A stretch of 64,000 nt of DNA from the human T2T-CHM13v2.0 reference genome, Homo sapiens. The notes beneath the pieces were generated by a model that had not been told where the DNA came from, made no database searches, and saw only the letters and a program-made list of their open reading frames with translations. The stretch lies in assembly GCF_009914755.1 (NCBI RefSeq), contig NC_060929.1; one strand, 5' to 3'. Every line of letters starts with the position of its first letter. Position 1 is the stretch's first letter. Positions 28,780 to 42,729 of this stretch are shown in pieces. The translations under genes were made by a program, and so were the position numbers.

Positions 28780-29150
28780 TACTATAGTTTTTATTTGCAT
28801 CTATTTTATTAGGAGTGATCATAAATATCATTTTTATTTACTAAAGGCCCAATTATTTTTTTCCCTTCACCAATTTTGTAATTGGTAAATTTATTCTTTT
28901 TCTCAGTAATGTATAACATTTTTAAAAATCTGTATTATGGAAAGTTGCCCTTTGGTTTCTGAGATAATTGCAAATATTTTTCCGAACCATCATTTATACT
29001 TTATTCTAATTATTTATAATTTTTTCCAAATGAGGGATTTAAAAATGTTATATAGACAAAATTATGAATCTTCATGACTTCTGGGATTTTCTAATATTGA
29101 AAAATAATTTTCCTGTTTCAACATTATTTAAAATCACCCATAACGTATTC
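28780..29150 (-). mobile_element. Ancient L1ME-like fragment
   Basis: attgcaaatattttttcc...gacaaaattatgaatcttcatgacttctggg..., degenerate antisense L1. Confidence 0.45.
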
Positions 29151-29514
29151 TATATTATACTTTTATTTTACTATAGTATTTCTATAATACTTCTATTTTA
29201 AGAAGTATATTTTTATGTTTTATATCAGACACAATGGAGATTCTTAAATAATATTTACCTAAGTCAGTGTCTTCAAATAGTTGGGAATATAATTGGAGAG
29301 CTACAAAGAGGAAAAATTAAAAAATAATTTATAATTTTAGAAGCAAACTCTGTTATGTGGCACTACTAGTAAGATGAAAATAAGGCCTAGAGTCATAGGT
29401 GAAGTCAGGCTTCAAATATTTCTTTAAAGGTGTATATGAATTATAAAGAGAAAAGAAGAAGTAACATGACCGAAGTATTAACTTATAGCATTTCTCTTAA
29501 AAAGAGTGTTTTTA

Positions 29515-29792
29515 GGCCAGCTATGGTGGCTCACGTCTATAATCCCAGTACTTTGGGAGGCCAAGGCGGCACTTGAGTTTAGGAGTTGCAGACCAGCTTG
29601 GCCAACATGGTGAAACCCTGTCTCTACTAAAGATACAAAAACTAGCCAAGTGGGTGCCTGTAGCCCCAGTTACTCGGGAAGCTAGGGAAGGATAATTGCT
29701 TGAGCCCTGGTAAGTGGAGGTTGCAGTGAGCCGAGGTTGCACCACTGCACTCCAGCCTGGGCAATAGAGGGAGACTCCATCTCAAAAAAAAA
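29515..29792 (+). mobile_element. Old Alu (AluJb-like) with small internal deletions
   Basis: ggccagctatggtggctcacgtctataatcccag...ttgcttgagccctgg...gagactccatctcaaaaaaaaa; flanks aaaaagagtgttttta / aaaagagctttta. Confidence 0.92.
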
Positions 29793-30769
29793 GAGCTTTT
29801 AGTCTTTTTAGTCTTTTGTTTTTCTAATTTTGAAACACAACTGAGGCATCATACTGACACCTATGGTAGAAGGTATAATTTAGCTGACAAACCGTTAGAC
29901 AGGTATAGCTTTTACAAGTCCTTAATTTTAATTTTCATCAAGTATTTCACTTTAATATGTTATTTATAGAGTTAATTAAGGAAAACATGAAATTTATGAC
30001 AAACGGCAATACTTAAGAACATATGGGAACTGAACAAAAAATCATATTAGTTTTCTTCTTTTAAAGCTATAGACTAGTTTAATTTATTATTACTTTTAAT
30101 TTAGTTTGTGAATAAAAAGTTCAGGAGCGTAGTAGCTAAATGAAATACGTGTGATATTTTAAATGAGGAATTTAACAGATTTTTATCAGTGTGTTTTACA
30201 AGATGGATTAAAGTAAGTTTCATTAACCACATCCAGTTTAATTCCTCAATCTTTTAAGAAGAAAATGCATTAATAGAGATATGTTTAGTGATATTTTATT
30301 ATGGATATAGTCAGGCTAAAAAGAGAGACATTCATTACTCAAACATACTCCTGAAATTACTTTTAGCAATTGGAATAACTTTGTATATGCAATAATCAAT
30401 TTAGCTTCAATATTATTCTTTCTTGGACTTGATTTCATTTCCAGCAAGTGGAAAGAAAATGAATATACACACAGACAAAATTTTATTTTACTTGCTATGG
30501 AAATATTTTTATGTTATAAATGAGAGATTACACCAATATCAATCTTAAATTGGGTTCATAATACAGTTTCTCAAGGATATGTTCTTGGTCATCATCTTGC
30601 CAATCATTATACTCTCTCCCTCATTCACTCAACTAACAGAACACTATTGGTGCTATGGAGTGTTGAGATTTTCACTCATGGGCCTCGGGAGAGTGTGGGA
30701 AACAAGACAGTATGCTCATTGCTGTAGCTGCTATCTCTCAAGAAGGCAAAATCTGTATACTCAGGCCAG

Positions 30770-31072
30770 TTGTTCCTCTGGTTTTAAACTTTTATTTCTA
30801 TTGGTATTGTCTCACTATTGGCTCTGGAAGGAACCTGATGCTAAGTTCGGCATCCAGGGAAAGGCATGGTAGATCATGCTTGAGTCAGGCATGATCTGCC
30901 ACAGGTGGGGCATTGACCTATCCTCTGTGGTCACAGAAATGAGAAATGACAGTTAATCAGGTGAAGACCATGTGCAATGGCAAAAGGGCCATTTCTTAAA
31001 TAGAAAATAGAGTTATTCAAATTAGAGAAGAGATTGGGAAGGCTGCAAACAAATGATAACTGCGGTCTACCA
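30770..31072 (-). mobile_element. Old MLT1-like relic
   Basis: catttcttaaatagaaaatagagttatt...gagaagagattgggaaggctgcaaacaaatgataactgcggtctacca. Confidence 0.4.
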
Positions 31073-32635
31073 GAATTATAGTCTAACAGAAATTACAGAG
31101 GAGTTCATGGTGTCTCAAATTCCTGACAGATACTAATTTTAAGGATTCATGGAGGAGATATCAGAATTCCCAAATTATCAGAGAATCACAAAATCATAAA
31201 TTATTCTTAAATATTTTCAGTGTTCTTTATATTCTACTCGTTAACATGGATATCAAGAATGCTTAATAAATTATATTTAATAGTATCTACAAAAAATTAT
31301 AGTCTACAGGTAATACCCAAATTCTTGAAAGTTCCAGGAAACACTCAAGATAGTGTTTGATTATTGCAACATTGGCATCTCTTAGCAGCATTAGCCTCCT
31401 ACACATACTCATATGCAGAATTGCCTAATTAAGGTCATATTTTGCTTCCAAAACTTATTTCTTGGAACACCACTCATAGGTTTTTATAAAAAATGCTACC
31501 TGCACAAATCTATTACTATTGGTTTTATTCACACACAAAAAAAATTGACTCGCTTTTAGCAGCAAAGCGGGCCTGGATCCCACTCTTGTAATAGTGCAAA
31601 GGCTGCAAGCAAAACTGACTAGATTCTGACTGCGTCTCTGTTAGGTGATCCTTTCCAGCTTCCCAGAAAGGGTGAGCTTAGCCTGTTAGTCCTGCCTGTT
31701 AGACTTCCTGTTTTTGCTTTTTATTTGATGTCAGTGAATTTCTTGGTCCATCAACCTCTCTATATTGATAGCTAAGCTTACAATAATTTTTTATAATTTT
31801 CAAATTTCTGGACTCATATTTTCAGGATTGAAGATTTGGAAGAAGATTAGTTTCCTCGTTAATGCAAGAGAGGGATTCCCTCATGGAAGCACTATATGAA
31901 GTTCTAAGATTTCATGCAATTTAATAGTAACAGAACTTTTTAAGAAACTGTTTGGAGGCAGCATGTTGGGGACATAGAGTCAAAAAGCGCACCTTGAACC
32001 ACATGTAAAAATGATGATAAAAGGCAGGCACATGTATATGTTGGTCCATATGAGCTCTGCTACCTATTATAGCATTTGTCACAGATTGCATATGCAATAA
32101 ATGCTTAACTCGAGAAAGTTAAGTTCTATCTGCCAATAATCTCACTGTTTATAACATACGTATATATTCTAAATAACCACAGAAAATTGTCAATTTGCAC
32201 TTACATATCGAGAAATTAATTTTTATTTCTTACTGGGTAAAGAATAATTAAATTGTATATTAAACATTGTTTTTATCTCTGTTTTCTTTGTTTTACATCA
32301 CATCAGCAAAGATCTAGTTAAATAACTCAGTCTCCATTTGTTCATATAAAAATTCATTTTTTTCAATCTATGTTACATCTGCCTTTAATATTTGCCAACT
32401 GAATAATCAAGATCATTTGATTAATATTCTCCTTATGTTTGAGGTCAGACCCATGAAATATCACAAGAAACAGGGCGCGGTGATGGATAAAAGTTATAAA
32501 ATAGAAATGCATTTCAAAAAGTACAAAGTCAGGTGGGTCAAGTTCCTTTTACAGCCTCCTAATATCAAGGTTATTTCATTAATTGTTAAAATGATTGTAC
32601 AATACGGCAGATTTAAAGAACAATGAAGAAATCTA

Positions 32636-34860
32636 TGCAGAGACTGCCAGCTGTCTTCCCTATGGAATTTTCCTCCAAACAACACCACTAATTTCTAATT
32701 GATGTCATGGCCAACTGAAATGAAAGATACATTTCTCATCTTTGCATTGAGTAGTGGCATGTGACTAAAAGGATGAAAGTAGAACTATTACATAACAATT
32801 CCTCCTGAGAAATTTTCTACAGAGCTCCCGAAGTGTATTGCTGCATCATCTACACTGCTGTTTGCAATTAGCCAATGTGAAGGCCAGAGTTTCATGTTGG
32901 ATCATAAGGGTGAGATCTATGATGGCCACGATAGAGAAGGAAGTAGAAAGTAGCTTGATTCATGGCTGACTTGATTGCTTACATGTGAATATTACTGTAA
33001 GAGTGAAATAAACTTCTAGATTTTAAGCCACTATTATTGTGTTTCTATTATTCACAGCCAAATATAACACATACGATTGTAGAATATGGTACCAGTAGAG
33101 CTATTTTTCAAGAAAACTAAGCCATGTAATTGGTTTGTGTAATTAGTAGGGTGGTGGGAGGTAGGAGCATGTATATCACAGATAGGAAAGCAGGTGACCC
33201 TTGTCATGTTTTATTGAATAAGTTATCTTTTCACCTTGGAAGACAAATTACATATTAACTTAGGATATAGTATTAGGAAAAATAATTGCTTAGTTTTGAA
33301 ATTTTATTGGTGCTATTTCTTGAATCTATTAGAAAAATCCTACAAATGATTGAGTGATTGATGCCTAGGGTAGATGGAATACAAAGAGAGAAAGAAAACA
33401 GAGCTTTGCTAAAGGAGCCTTTCTCTGCCTGAAATCTACAATAGGAGATTCTAAAACTTTCAGGGTTGAAATATCTAACTTCACTGTTATCTCAACTTGT
33501 AACCAAAGAGAGAGTGTCTGCATAGCCACAAATTTCGTAGACTTGCATCCCCCTCTGTAAAGATTATGAGCTTGGTAATAAAGATGGCATCCACATTACA
33601 AGGAGGATGGCCAGAGCCAAGAGGCTAAAATAAGTATTTAGGAAGATTTCACACTTAAAAAAAAATCTGTTTAGACAAAGACTTTGATTGTGATTATTTG
33701 CGTATATAATTGACTAGAAGCAAATAGAAATTTACTACATTTTTCAAGAAATTTTATTGAAAAATAAATCTGAATTGGACCCAATTATTGGACCCAACAT
33801 TAAAAGCCTTAAGGAATCCCCATGACGGTACATCCATGTTATAGCATGTCCAGATTTCATCAGCATGAAATGGGCTATGAAATCTCTATGTCCCTCAAGA
33901 ATGTGCACCCAAAGGCAAATGTATAACACATGATGAAGAGGTCACAAAGTACAATGGAGAAAGGATATCCTCCCAAAGAGAAGAATCAAAAGCTTAGAGT
34001 GTAGTCTAAACAGAAAACTTGCCCTACTACTGAAGTAGAGTGTCTATTTTTTATGCTGAACATTATTTGCTAATTCCAACTGGCTATCAGCTAATGTGTT
34101 TCCCAGGTTTTCTCAATGAAATATGTATTCTTATATCATCATTTTATTACATGTGTATGGTGCCAGTAACTAGTGTCTCAGTTTGCAGGTTTCAGGATAC
34201 TGCAACCTCTTATCTGCATCTGGTTTCAGGATACTGCAATCTCTTATCTGCATCTAGTAGAAAGAACTGCGTGTTACTCAGTGATTGTGAACACTTGGCT
34301 GCAAATAGATGTGAGTAATGGATGGCATACTAACTCTTCTCCTTGGGGAGCAGACAAATGTGTTCTATATACAGGAAAATGGATATCCATGGATATATTG
34401 GTAACCAAAGGAGCAGACTATGGGTAAAGGCTGCTGTTTGCCTATCCCAGTGCCAATCCCCCTACATTTGGACATTGATTTCTTCCTAGGTACATGGGCA
34501 CATGTAATGGTGACAATGACAAATAATAGGATTTTTTTACAACTAGATGTGTTCATGTGTCCACATAATGGAAAGTCAGATGTAAACAGTGGCGTTATGT
34601 GAAAACTTTTGGAAAAGGTCCTGAAATGATAACTTTTACATCCTCTTTACCTTTACCTTCTTTACTTCTTCTTCTTTTATTGATGACGAGAGTAACAATG
34701 AGTTGGCTTTAAGTCTATTTGTCTGATGATGAAGAGATGCACATCCTAGGGACAGAAAATTGAATTCCAGAAAAAAAGTTCTCTTAATTTTGTAAATGAC
34801 CATAAACTGGTAACAATACTCTCTAAACATAAGGCCTCTCACTAGCAAAATATACAAAAA
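32636..34860 (+). mobile_element. Relic MLT1 (J-like) provirus: LTR - internal - LTR
   Basis: LTR1 ~32636-33075 (gtggcatgtgactaa...gtgaaataaacttc...tttaagccact...cacagcc); internal region opens agaatatggtaccag and closes ccaaaggagcagac at ~34418; LTR2 from ~34420 (ctgctgtttgcctatcc...ctagatgtgttcatgtg). Very degenerate; right boundary uncertain. Confidence 0.6.
34188..34255. repeat. 34-bp tandem duplication
   Basis: ggtttcaggatactgcaa(c/t)ctcttatctgcatct x2. Confidence 0.95.
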
Positions 34861-35294
34861 AGCTCCAGGTAAATCATGCTAGAAACTAGCTTTGCAAAAT
34901 TATAGAAGAGTCCTTTGCATGAAGACAACACAATTCTAACATTGATCCAGAATCCATTTTCATCTAATTCCAGGAGCACAAGTCATTTTACTTCCTGAAT
35001 GTATTTTCTGATTGAGTGTGGTTGTGTAGAGCTCCTTTTCCACTGAGATTAGAAAGAGTTCCTCTTTTTTCTAAATTTTGAGAAGTATTGATTTTTTAAA
35101 ATGAAATATGAATTTTGTTCCTGTGATGGTTTTTAGTGAATTTATAAATATGAGTCTGCACAGATTACTTTTCACAAACTATTTATTGTATTTTAGCACT
35201 TGGTTTTCCTTTGGGATTCAGGAGCCATATGTGAATAGAGATACTTCTCATTTATATTTTCCATAAAATGGTTAATTAGAAGAAATCTCACTGC

Positions 35295-38200
35295 TTTTTT
35301 AAAAAATAACCTATTCAGGTGAAAATTTTATAACATATAATTCACCATTTAAAGTGAGCAATTCAGTGGCATTTGGTACATTTACAGTGTTGTGCAACCA
35401 CCACCTCTATCTAGTTCCAAAACAATTCCATCAGATGAAATTTTAAAACAACCATTAAGCAGTTTCTCATCCTACTCACTCCTTGACAGCCACCAATCTG
35501 AACACTTTCTCTATGGATTTTAGGATATTTTATGTAAATATACTCACATGTGTCCTTTTTATATAGCTTCTTTTAATTAACATGTTTTGGCAGTACATCC
35601 ATGTTATACATGTCTCAGTAATTTCTTTTTCATGGGTGAATAATATCCCAAATAATATTCCATTTTATGTGTATATCACATTTTGTCTATCTATTTAACC
35701 ATTGATGGGCATTTGGACTGTTTTCACCACTGGCTATTGTGAATAGCACTACTGTGAACATGAGTGTGCACATAGTTTTCTATTCTAGGAGTGGAATTGT
35801 GAGGGTCATATGGTTACTTCTATGTTCATCTTTTTGAGGAATTTCAGACTGATTTTCACAGAGGCTGAATGATTTACATTACCACCAGTGATTAAGGAGG
35901 GCTCCAGTTTCTTCAGATCTACATCAATAATTATTTTCCATGTTTTTAGTTATAGCCACTTTTGCAGGTTTGATAGTAGTAACTTTGTGTGGTTTTGATT
36001 GGCATTTGTCTAATAACTAATGACACTGAACATCTTTTCATGTGTTTATTGGCCATTTGTATATCTTTGGAGAAATGTCTACCCATGTCCATGATTTATT
36101 TATTTAAATTGGGTTGTTTGTCTTTTTGTTGTTGATTGTACGTATTCTTTGTATATTCTGGGTATGAGGCACTTATTAGAAATATGATTTGCAAACATTT
36201 TCTCCTCTTCTCTAGGTTATCATTTTCTTGATAACGTGAAATGTGTTACTCTATATGTGTATGTTGAAACCCTAACCCAGAGTGTTACTGTATTTGAAGT
36301 TAGGGAATTTAAGGTTAAATGAGGTTATACCTGTGGGATCTTTGATAGGAATGGTGTCCTTATAAGAAGAGGAAGAAGAGCCATGGATTTACTCATAGGG
36401 GAATACCTATGTGAAGACAATGAGAAAGTGACCATCTGAAAGCCAAAAAGAGAGGCCCCAGGAGAAACTAAACCTGCAGACACCTTGACCTTGGACTTCC
36501 TGTTTCCAAAACTATAAGAAAATAATTTATATTGTTTAAGCTACCCAGTCTGTAGCATTTTGTCTTAGGAAACCTAGAAAAACAATACATGTTTTTTTTT
36601 TTAATGCCCAAAGTGTTTTAATTTTGATGAAATACAACTATCTGTTTTTTTTCTTTTATTGCTTAATTTTGTTGGTCTTATAGCTAAAGAATTCATTGAC
36701 AAATCTAAGGTCATTTGGATTTAATCATGTTTTCTTCTATGGCTTTCATGGTTTTAGTGCTTATATTTATGGCAATGATACATGTTCAGTTAATTTTTTA
36801 TATGTTGTGAGGTAGGAGTCCAGTTTTATTCTTTTGCATGTAGATATTCAGTTGTCTAAACATTATTTTTGAAGAGACTTTCCTTTTCCCATTTAGTCAT
36901 TTGGCCCTCTTGATTTTTGAATCATCTGACCATAAACATATGGAATTCTTCCTGGACTCCCAATTCTATTACATTGGTATGTCTGTCCTTAGGCCAGCAC
37001 TACATTGCTTTGATTACTATAGTTTTATAGTAAGTTTTGATACAGGGAAGTGTGAGTCCTCAATTTTTTTTAAAGATTGTTTTGTTTATCTTGTGCCTCT
37101 TGCAATTCCATATGAGTTTGATATTTGATTTTTACATTTTGCAAAAAAAGGCCATTGGAATTTTGATAGAGATTACATTGACTCTGTAGATCACTTTTGG
37201 TTGTAATGACATCTTAATAAATATGAAGTCTCACATCAATGAACCCAAGATATTTTTCCTACTTATTTGGATTTTCTTTAATTTCTCTTAGCAATTAAAA
37301 AAATTCAGTGTACAAATCTTTAATGACCACCATCACACACCCCACTAGACATAACCAAATTTATTTCTAGTTATTTCCTTGTTTTGGATGCCACTATCAT
37401 AGTTTTTTTTAATTTTAAATTTAAATTTTTAATTTCTAGTATATTTTGAAACACTACTGATTTTTGCTTGTTGATCTTGTATCCTGAAATGCTGATGATT
37501 TTATTTATTAATTCTAGTAGCTTTTTTGTGTATTTTTTTAGATTTTCTGTATTTAGGATCATGCCATCTGCCAGTAGAAAAAGTTGTACTATATTATTCC
37601 CAATTTGAATGACATTTATTTCCTTTTCTTTTTAAATTTCCCTGGGTAGAAATTCTAGTACAGTGGTGAAAGTGTGCATCCCTGTCTTTTTCCTGATCTT
37701 AGGGGAAGCTTTCAGATTTTCACCACAACAATTGTATTAGCTGTGGATTTTTAAAATATGGGCTTGATCATATTGAGGAAGTTACTTTCTATTTCTGCTT
37801 ATTTAGTGTTTTTATTATGGAAGAGTATGGGATTTTTTGTCCAGGATAAGTTGAGATAATCAATTGTTGTTTTTATTATTCAATGAATGTGGTGTATTAC
37901 ACTGATTGGTTTTCTCATGTTGAATCAAATTTGCATCCCTGAGATAAATCCCAATTGGCTGCAGTATATAATCTATATAATATGCGGTTATATTTGGTTT
38001 ACTAGTATTTGAGAATGTTTATATCTACATTCATAAGTGATGTTGGTCTGTTAGTTTTCCTTTATTATGAAGTCTTTATCTGGCTGTAGTGCTTGGGTAA
38101 TGCTGGTCTCATAGAATGAGTTAGAAAGGGTTCTGTCTTTTATCAAAGAGTTTGAGAAGGATTGGTAGTAGCTTTCTTTATATGTTTAGTAAAGTTAACA

Positions 38201-38806
38201 AATTGAAACCATCTGGTCATGAACTTTTATTTGTTAAGAGGTTTTCTAATATTGATTCAATCTCTTTGCTTATTCTAAATGTGTTCAGATTTTCCACTTC
38301 TTGAGTCAATTTGGTAATTTATTTGTTTCTAGGAATTTGTCCATTTCATCTAGTTTACCTAATTTTTGACATATAAAATTATATATGGAAATTTCTAAAA
38401 TATTTAAAAATTTCTCTAATGTCAATAGTAATGTCCCCTCTTTTGTTACCAATTTGTTATTTGAATCTTCTCCTTTTTTTTGTCAATCTAGCTAAAAATT
38501 TGTCAATTTTGTTCGTCTCTTCAAAAAAATATACGTTTGTCTTCATTGATTTTCTCTATTGTTTTTCCATTCTATATTTCATTTGAATACATTTTTAAAC
38601 TTTATCTTTATTATTTCATTCCTTCTGGGAGCTTTGGGTCTCATTTTTTTTTCCTGATAATCTAGTTGTTTATTGTATAAGATTAAGTATTTATTTGAAA
38701 TCTGTATGTTCTTTAATGTAGGCATTCACTACTATAAATTTACTTCTCAGGAGCATCTCTGCCGCATTCCATGTTTTAGTATGTTGTGTTTTAATTTGTA
38801 TTCATA
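35295..38806 (-). mobile_element. 5'-truncated L1MB-type element
   Basis: 3' end aattcaccatttaaagtg...caattcagtggcattt...cagtgttgtgcaaccaccacctctatctagttcca; antisense ORF2 remnants (ORF 37371-37562 MILNTENLKKYTKKLLELIN). Confidence 0.9.
36242..36589 (+). mobile_element. MLT1A/B solo LTR nested in L1MB
   Basis: tatgttgaaaccctaaccc...ggtgtccttataagaagagga...acctgcagacaccttgaccttggacttcc...ttgtttaagctacccagtctgt...aataca. Confidence 0.88.
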
Positions 38807-38904
38807 ACTAGAGGGAAACAGAGGTGACGGAGAAAAAGACGTACAAATATCATCCACTTGCAAAGTATAGATTTGTTTGTATTGTAATATGAATAAAAAT
38901 ATTA

Positions 38905-39212
38905 CGAGACAGATAAGAAAATTTGAACACTGACCATTGATGCAGTTACAGTTAATTTTAAAATCAAGGTTAATAACATTTTAGTTATTTTAAAGAATGA
39001 TAGTAATTTAGAGATGTATTCTGAATGTTTTTAAATGAAAAGATATGCCTGGGATTTCTTCCAAAATGAATCTTGTAGGTTGGGAAGAAAATGAGAACAT
39101 AGTAGAAACAAGACTGACAATGAGTTGTTGAGGTTGGGCAATGCGTACACTAAAGCTTATTTTATCTTATTTTACTGTATATACTGTTAAAGCTTGCATT
39201 ATTTTCATAAAT
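38905..39212 (+). mobile_element. L1MC-like 3'UTR fragment
   Basis: gaaaatttgaacactgac...ttagagatgtattctgaatgtttt...gatatgcctgggatttcttccaaaat...gaaacaagactgacaatgagttg. Confidence 0.6.
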
Positions 39213-39968
39213 GCATTTGCTAAGTGCAACTGTTATCAAATAAAGTGGATTGGGCTCTACTCATGCATTATTTTATTTGAATATTAGGTTTCCAGTTAAA
39301 TGGTTTCCAGTTAAAACTTTCAATTTAATTTACAAAGATTTTTACATTACATATAAAGTGACCAAAGAAGCAGAACTTTAAAAATTAAATTTAATTGCCT
39401 GGAAATATATGAGAATTAAAAGTGTAATTAGACTGACACTGAAATTACCCTTCAAAATTTCATATCTTTTAGGAACTTATATAATACAATTCATATCATT
39501 AAGACTTAATCTTCTGAAACACTAATTGATAAAGATGAAGTTTTTAGATAACAAATAATGTCAGAGACCATTGGAAGTCCTCAGCAATTGTAAATCTGTG
39601 AGCTTACAATACAATTTGGCCAAGGCAAATTATAGTCATTCTGAAGAAATTCTTATGGAATAAAATGACCTTTTCTAGAACTGAAAGCCCTCTACATCAA
39701 GGTCCTTTGGTAAATGGGCCTAATGTGTTGCCCTCAACAGAGAGAACAGCAGAAATAATTTTATGACCATTTTAGATAATGCACAGTATTGTTTTGCCTC
39801 GATTTTTCTTATGTGCAGAAATGTTTACCACCAACACAAAAGTCCTGTTAAGAGATGTTTGTTAATGCTACAGCATCTTCACCAGCCCTATCATCTTCTG
39901 ATTTAGACTGCTGCCTACAAATCATGGACTATTCGTGTAAGAATACATAGTAGATTAGATTCTAAACA

Positions 39969-42383
39969 CAGGTGTACCCCATTTTATTGTGTTTCACTTT
40001 ATTGCACTTTGCAGATTTTTTTTTCTTTTTTTTTTCTTACAAATGGAAGGTCTATAGTATCCTTGCATCAAACAAGTCTATCAGAGCCATTTTACCAATC
40101 ATATGTATCTACTTTGTGTCTTTCTGTCACATTTTGGTAATTCTCACAATATTTCAAACTTTTACATTATTATTATATTGGTTTGGGTGACCTTTCGTCA
40201 GTGATCTTTGATATTTCTATTGTAATTATTTTGAGGCATCACAAACCACACCCATATAACACAGTGAACGCGTTGATAAAAGTTGTCTGGGTTTTGACTG
40301 CTCCACCGACCAGCTCATCCCCTGTCTCTTTCCCTCTCATCAAGCCCTCCTATTCCCTAAGACACAACAATATTGAAATGAGGCCAATAAATAGCCTTAC
40401 AATGGCCTCTAAATATTCAAATAAAAGGAAGTCACATCTTTCTCACTTTGAATCAAAAGCTGGGAATGATTAAGTTTGGTGAGGATGCCTTGTTGAAAAC
40501 CAAGATAGGCTGAAAGCTAGGCCTCTTGCACAGAACAGTTAACCAAAATGTAAATGCAAAGGAAAAGTTCTTGAAAACATTAAAAGTACTACTGCAGTGA
40601 ACACATAAATGATAAGAAAGTGAAACAGCATTGTTGCTCATATGGAGAAAGTTTCAGTAGTCTGTAAAAAAAGAAGCAAACCAGTGCAACATTCTTTTAA
40701 GCCAAAGCCTAATCCAGAGCAAGGCCCAAACTCTCTCCAATTCTGTGAGGGCTGAGAGAGGTGGGGAACCTGCAGAAGACACGTTGGAAGCTGGCAGAGA
40801 TTGGTTTATGAAGTTTAAGGCAAGAACTCATATCCGTAACATAAAAATGCAAGAGGAAGCAGCAAGGGCTAATGTAGAGCCTGCAGCAGATTATCCAGAA
40901 GTTCTAGCTAAGTTCATTGATGAAGATGGCTAACCTAATAGATTTTCAATGTAAAGAAAACAGCTTTCTATTGGTTTATGATTCTGTCTACATGGCTACC
41001 TTCATAACTACAGAATATGATGCCATCTACATGGCTACCTTCATAGCTACAGAATCAGTGTCTGGCTTCAAAGCTTCAAAAGACAGGCTGACTTTCCTGT
41101 TAGAGGCTGATGCAGCTGGTAACTTGAAGTTAAAGCCAAAGCTTGTTGACTATTCTGAAAATTTTAGGTTCCTTAAGAATTACATTATATCTACTCTGCC
41201 TGTGCCCAACAAATTGTACTACAAAGTTTGCATGACAGCACATCTGTTTACAGCATGGTTAACTGGATATTTTAAGCCCACTCTTAAGATCTACTGCTCA
41301 GGAAAAAATAAGGCTCCTTCAAAATATTACTGCTCATTGACAAGGCACCTGGTCACCCAAGAGCTCTCATGGAGATCTATACAGAGATTAAGGTTGTTTA
41401 TGCCTGCTAACATAACATCCATTCTGCAGCTCATGGATCAAAGAGTAATTTTGACTTTTGAGTCTTATTACTTAAAAATACATTTTGTAAGGCTATAGCT
41501 GCCATAAATAGTGATTCTTTTCTTGGATGTGGGCAAAGCAAATTGAAAACCTTCTGGAAAGTATTCACCATTCTGGATGCCAGTAAGAACATTCTTGACT
41601 CATCGGAAGAAGTCAAAATACAAATATTAACCAGAGTTTGGAAGAAGTACATTCCAACCCTTTTGAATGACTTTGAGTGTTCAGGACTTCAATGGAGAAA
41701 GTAATTGCAGATGTGGTAGAAATAGCAAGAGAACTCTAGTTAGAGGTAAAGCCTGAAGATGTGACTGAATTCCTTCAATCTCCTAATAAAACTAAAGGAT
41801 GAAAAATTTGCTTCTTACGGATGGCAAAGAAAGCAGTTTCTTGCATTGAAATCTACCTCTGGTGAAGATGCTGTGAACATTGTTGAAATTACAAAAACGA
41901 TTTAAGATATTACATAAACTTAGTTAATAAAGCAGCGGTAGAGTTTGAGAGGATTGACCTCAATTTTGAAAGAAGTCTGACTGTGGATAAAAATGCGATC
42001 AAACAGCATCAGAAGCTACAGAGAAATATTTCCTGAAAGAAAGATTCAATTGGTGTGGCAAACTTCCTTACTGTTGTTTTTTTTTAATTGCCAAAGCCAT
42101 CTGAACCTTTAGCACACCACCCGGATCAGTCAGCAGCCATCAACTTGACATAAGACCTTCCACCATCAATAAGACTTTCTGAAGCCTTAGAATAGCATTT
42201 TTAGGCAATAAAGTATTTTAAATAAAGGTATGTACAGTGTTATTTAAGACACAATGCTATTGCACAGTTAATAGACTATAGTATAATGTCAAAATCACTT
42301 TTATGTGCACTGGGAAACCATGCAATGTTTGCTTTAGTATACTAGTCTGGAACTGAACCCACATTATATCTGTGCTATGCCTG
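39969..42383 (+). mobile_element. Full-length Tigger1 DNA transposon (TcMar-Tigger), transposase disrupted
   Basis: Terminal inverted repeats caggtgtacccc... / ...gtgctatgcctg|ta; ~2.4 kb; transposase remnants in ORFs 40745-40933 ([14 protein letters not shown]) and 40917-41498 (GFKASKDRLTFLLEADAAGNLKLKP). Confidence 0.95.
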
Positions 42384-42459
42384 TATATGTGTATATATGT
42401 ATGTACAGACAAAGCACATATATACAGACTATATATATAAAGAGATGTGTGTATGTGTG

Positions 42460-42649
42460 TGTGCAATGGCATTGTGTCTAAAATAACACTGTACATGCCT
42501 TTATTTAAAATACTTTATTGCTTAAAAAATGCCAACAATTTTCTAAGCCTTCAGAAAGTCTTTTTGCTGGTGGAAGGTCTTGCCTCAAGTTGATGGCTGC
42601 TGACTGATCAGGATGGTGGTTGCTAAAGTTTGAGGTGGCTTTGGCAATT
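42460..42649 (-). mobile_element. Inverted copy of the Tigger1 3' segment
   Basis: Reverse complement of 42086-42266. Confidence 0.9.
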
Positions 42650-42729
42650 TATATACATATATAATATATATAAATTTATATAAAATATATAATTATGTAT
42701 AATTAAAATTTAGTCTTTGAGATATACTA

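Noticed and set aside
38807-39260. Abrupt L1MB end followed by a segment with AATAAA (39239-39244), resembling a 3'UTR or duplication junction
   Set aside because: Explained by ordinary L1 5' truncation next to an L1MC 3' fragment; no poly(A), TSD or splice evidence.
40745-41498. Possible domesticated TIGD1-like gene
   Set aside because: The transposase is broken across frames with stops and sits within an ordinary Tigger1 copy.
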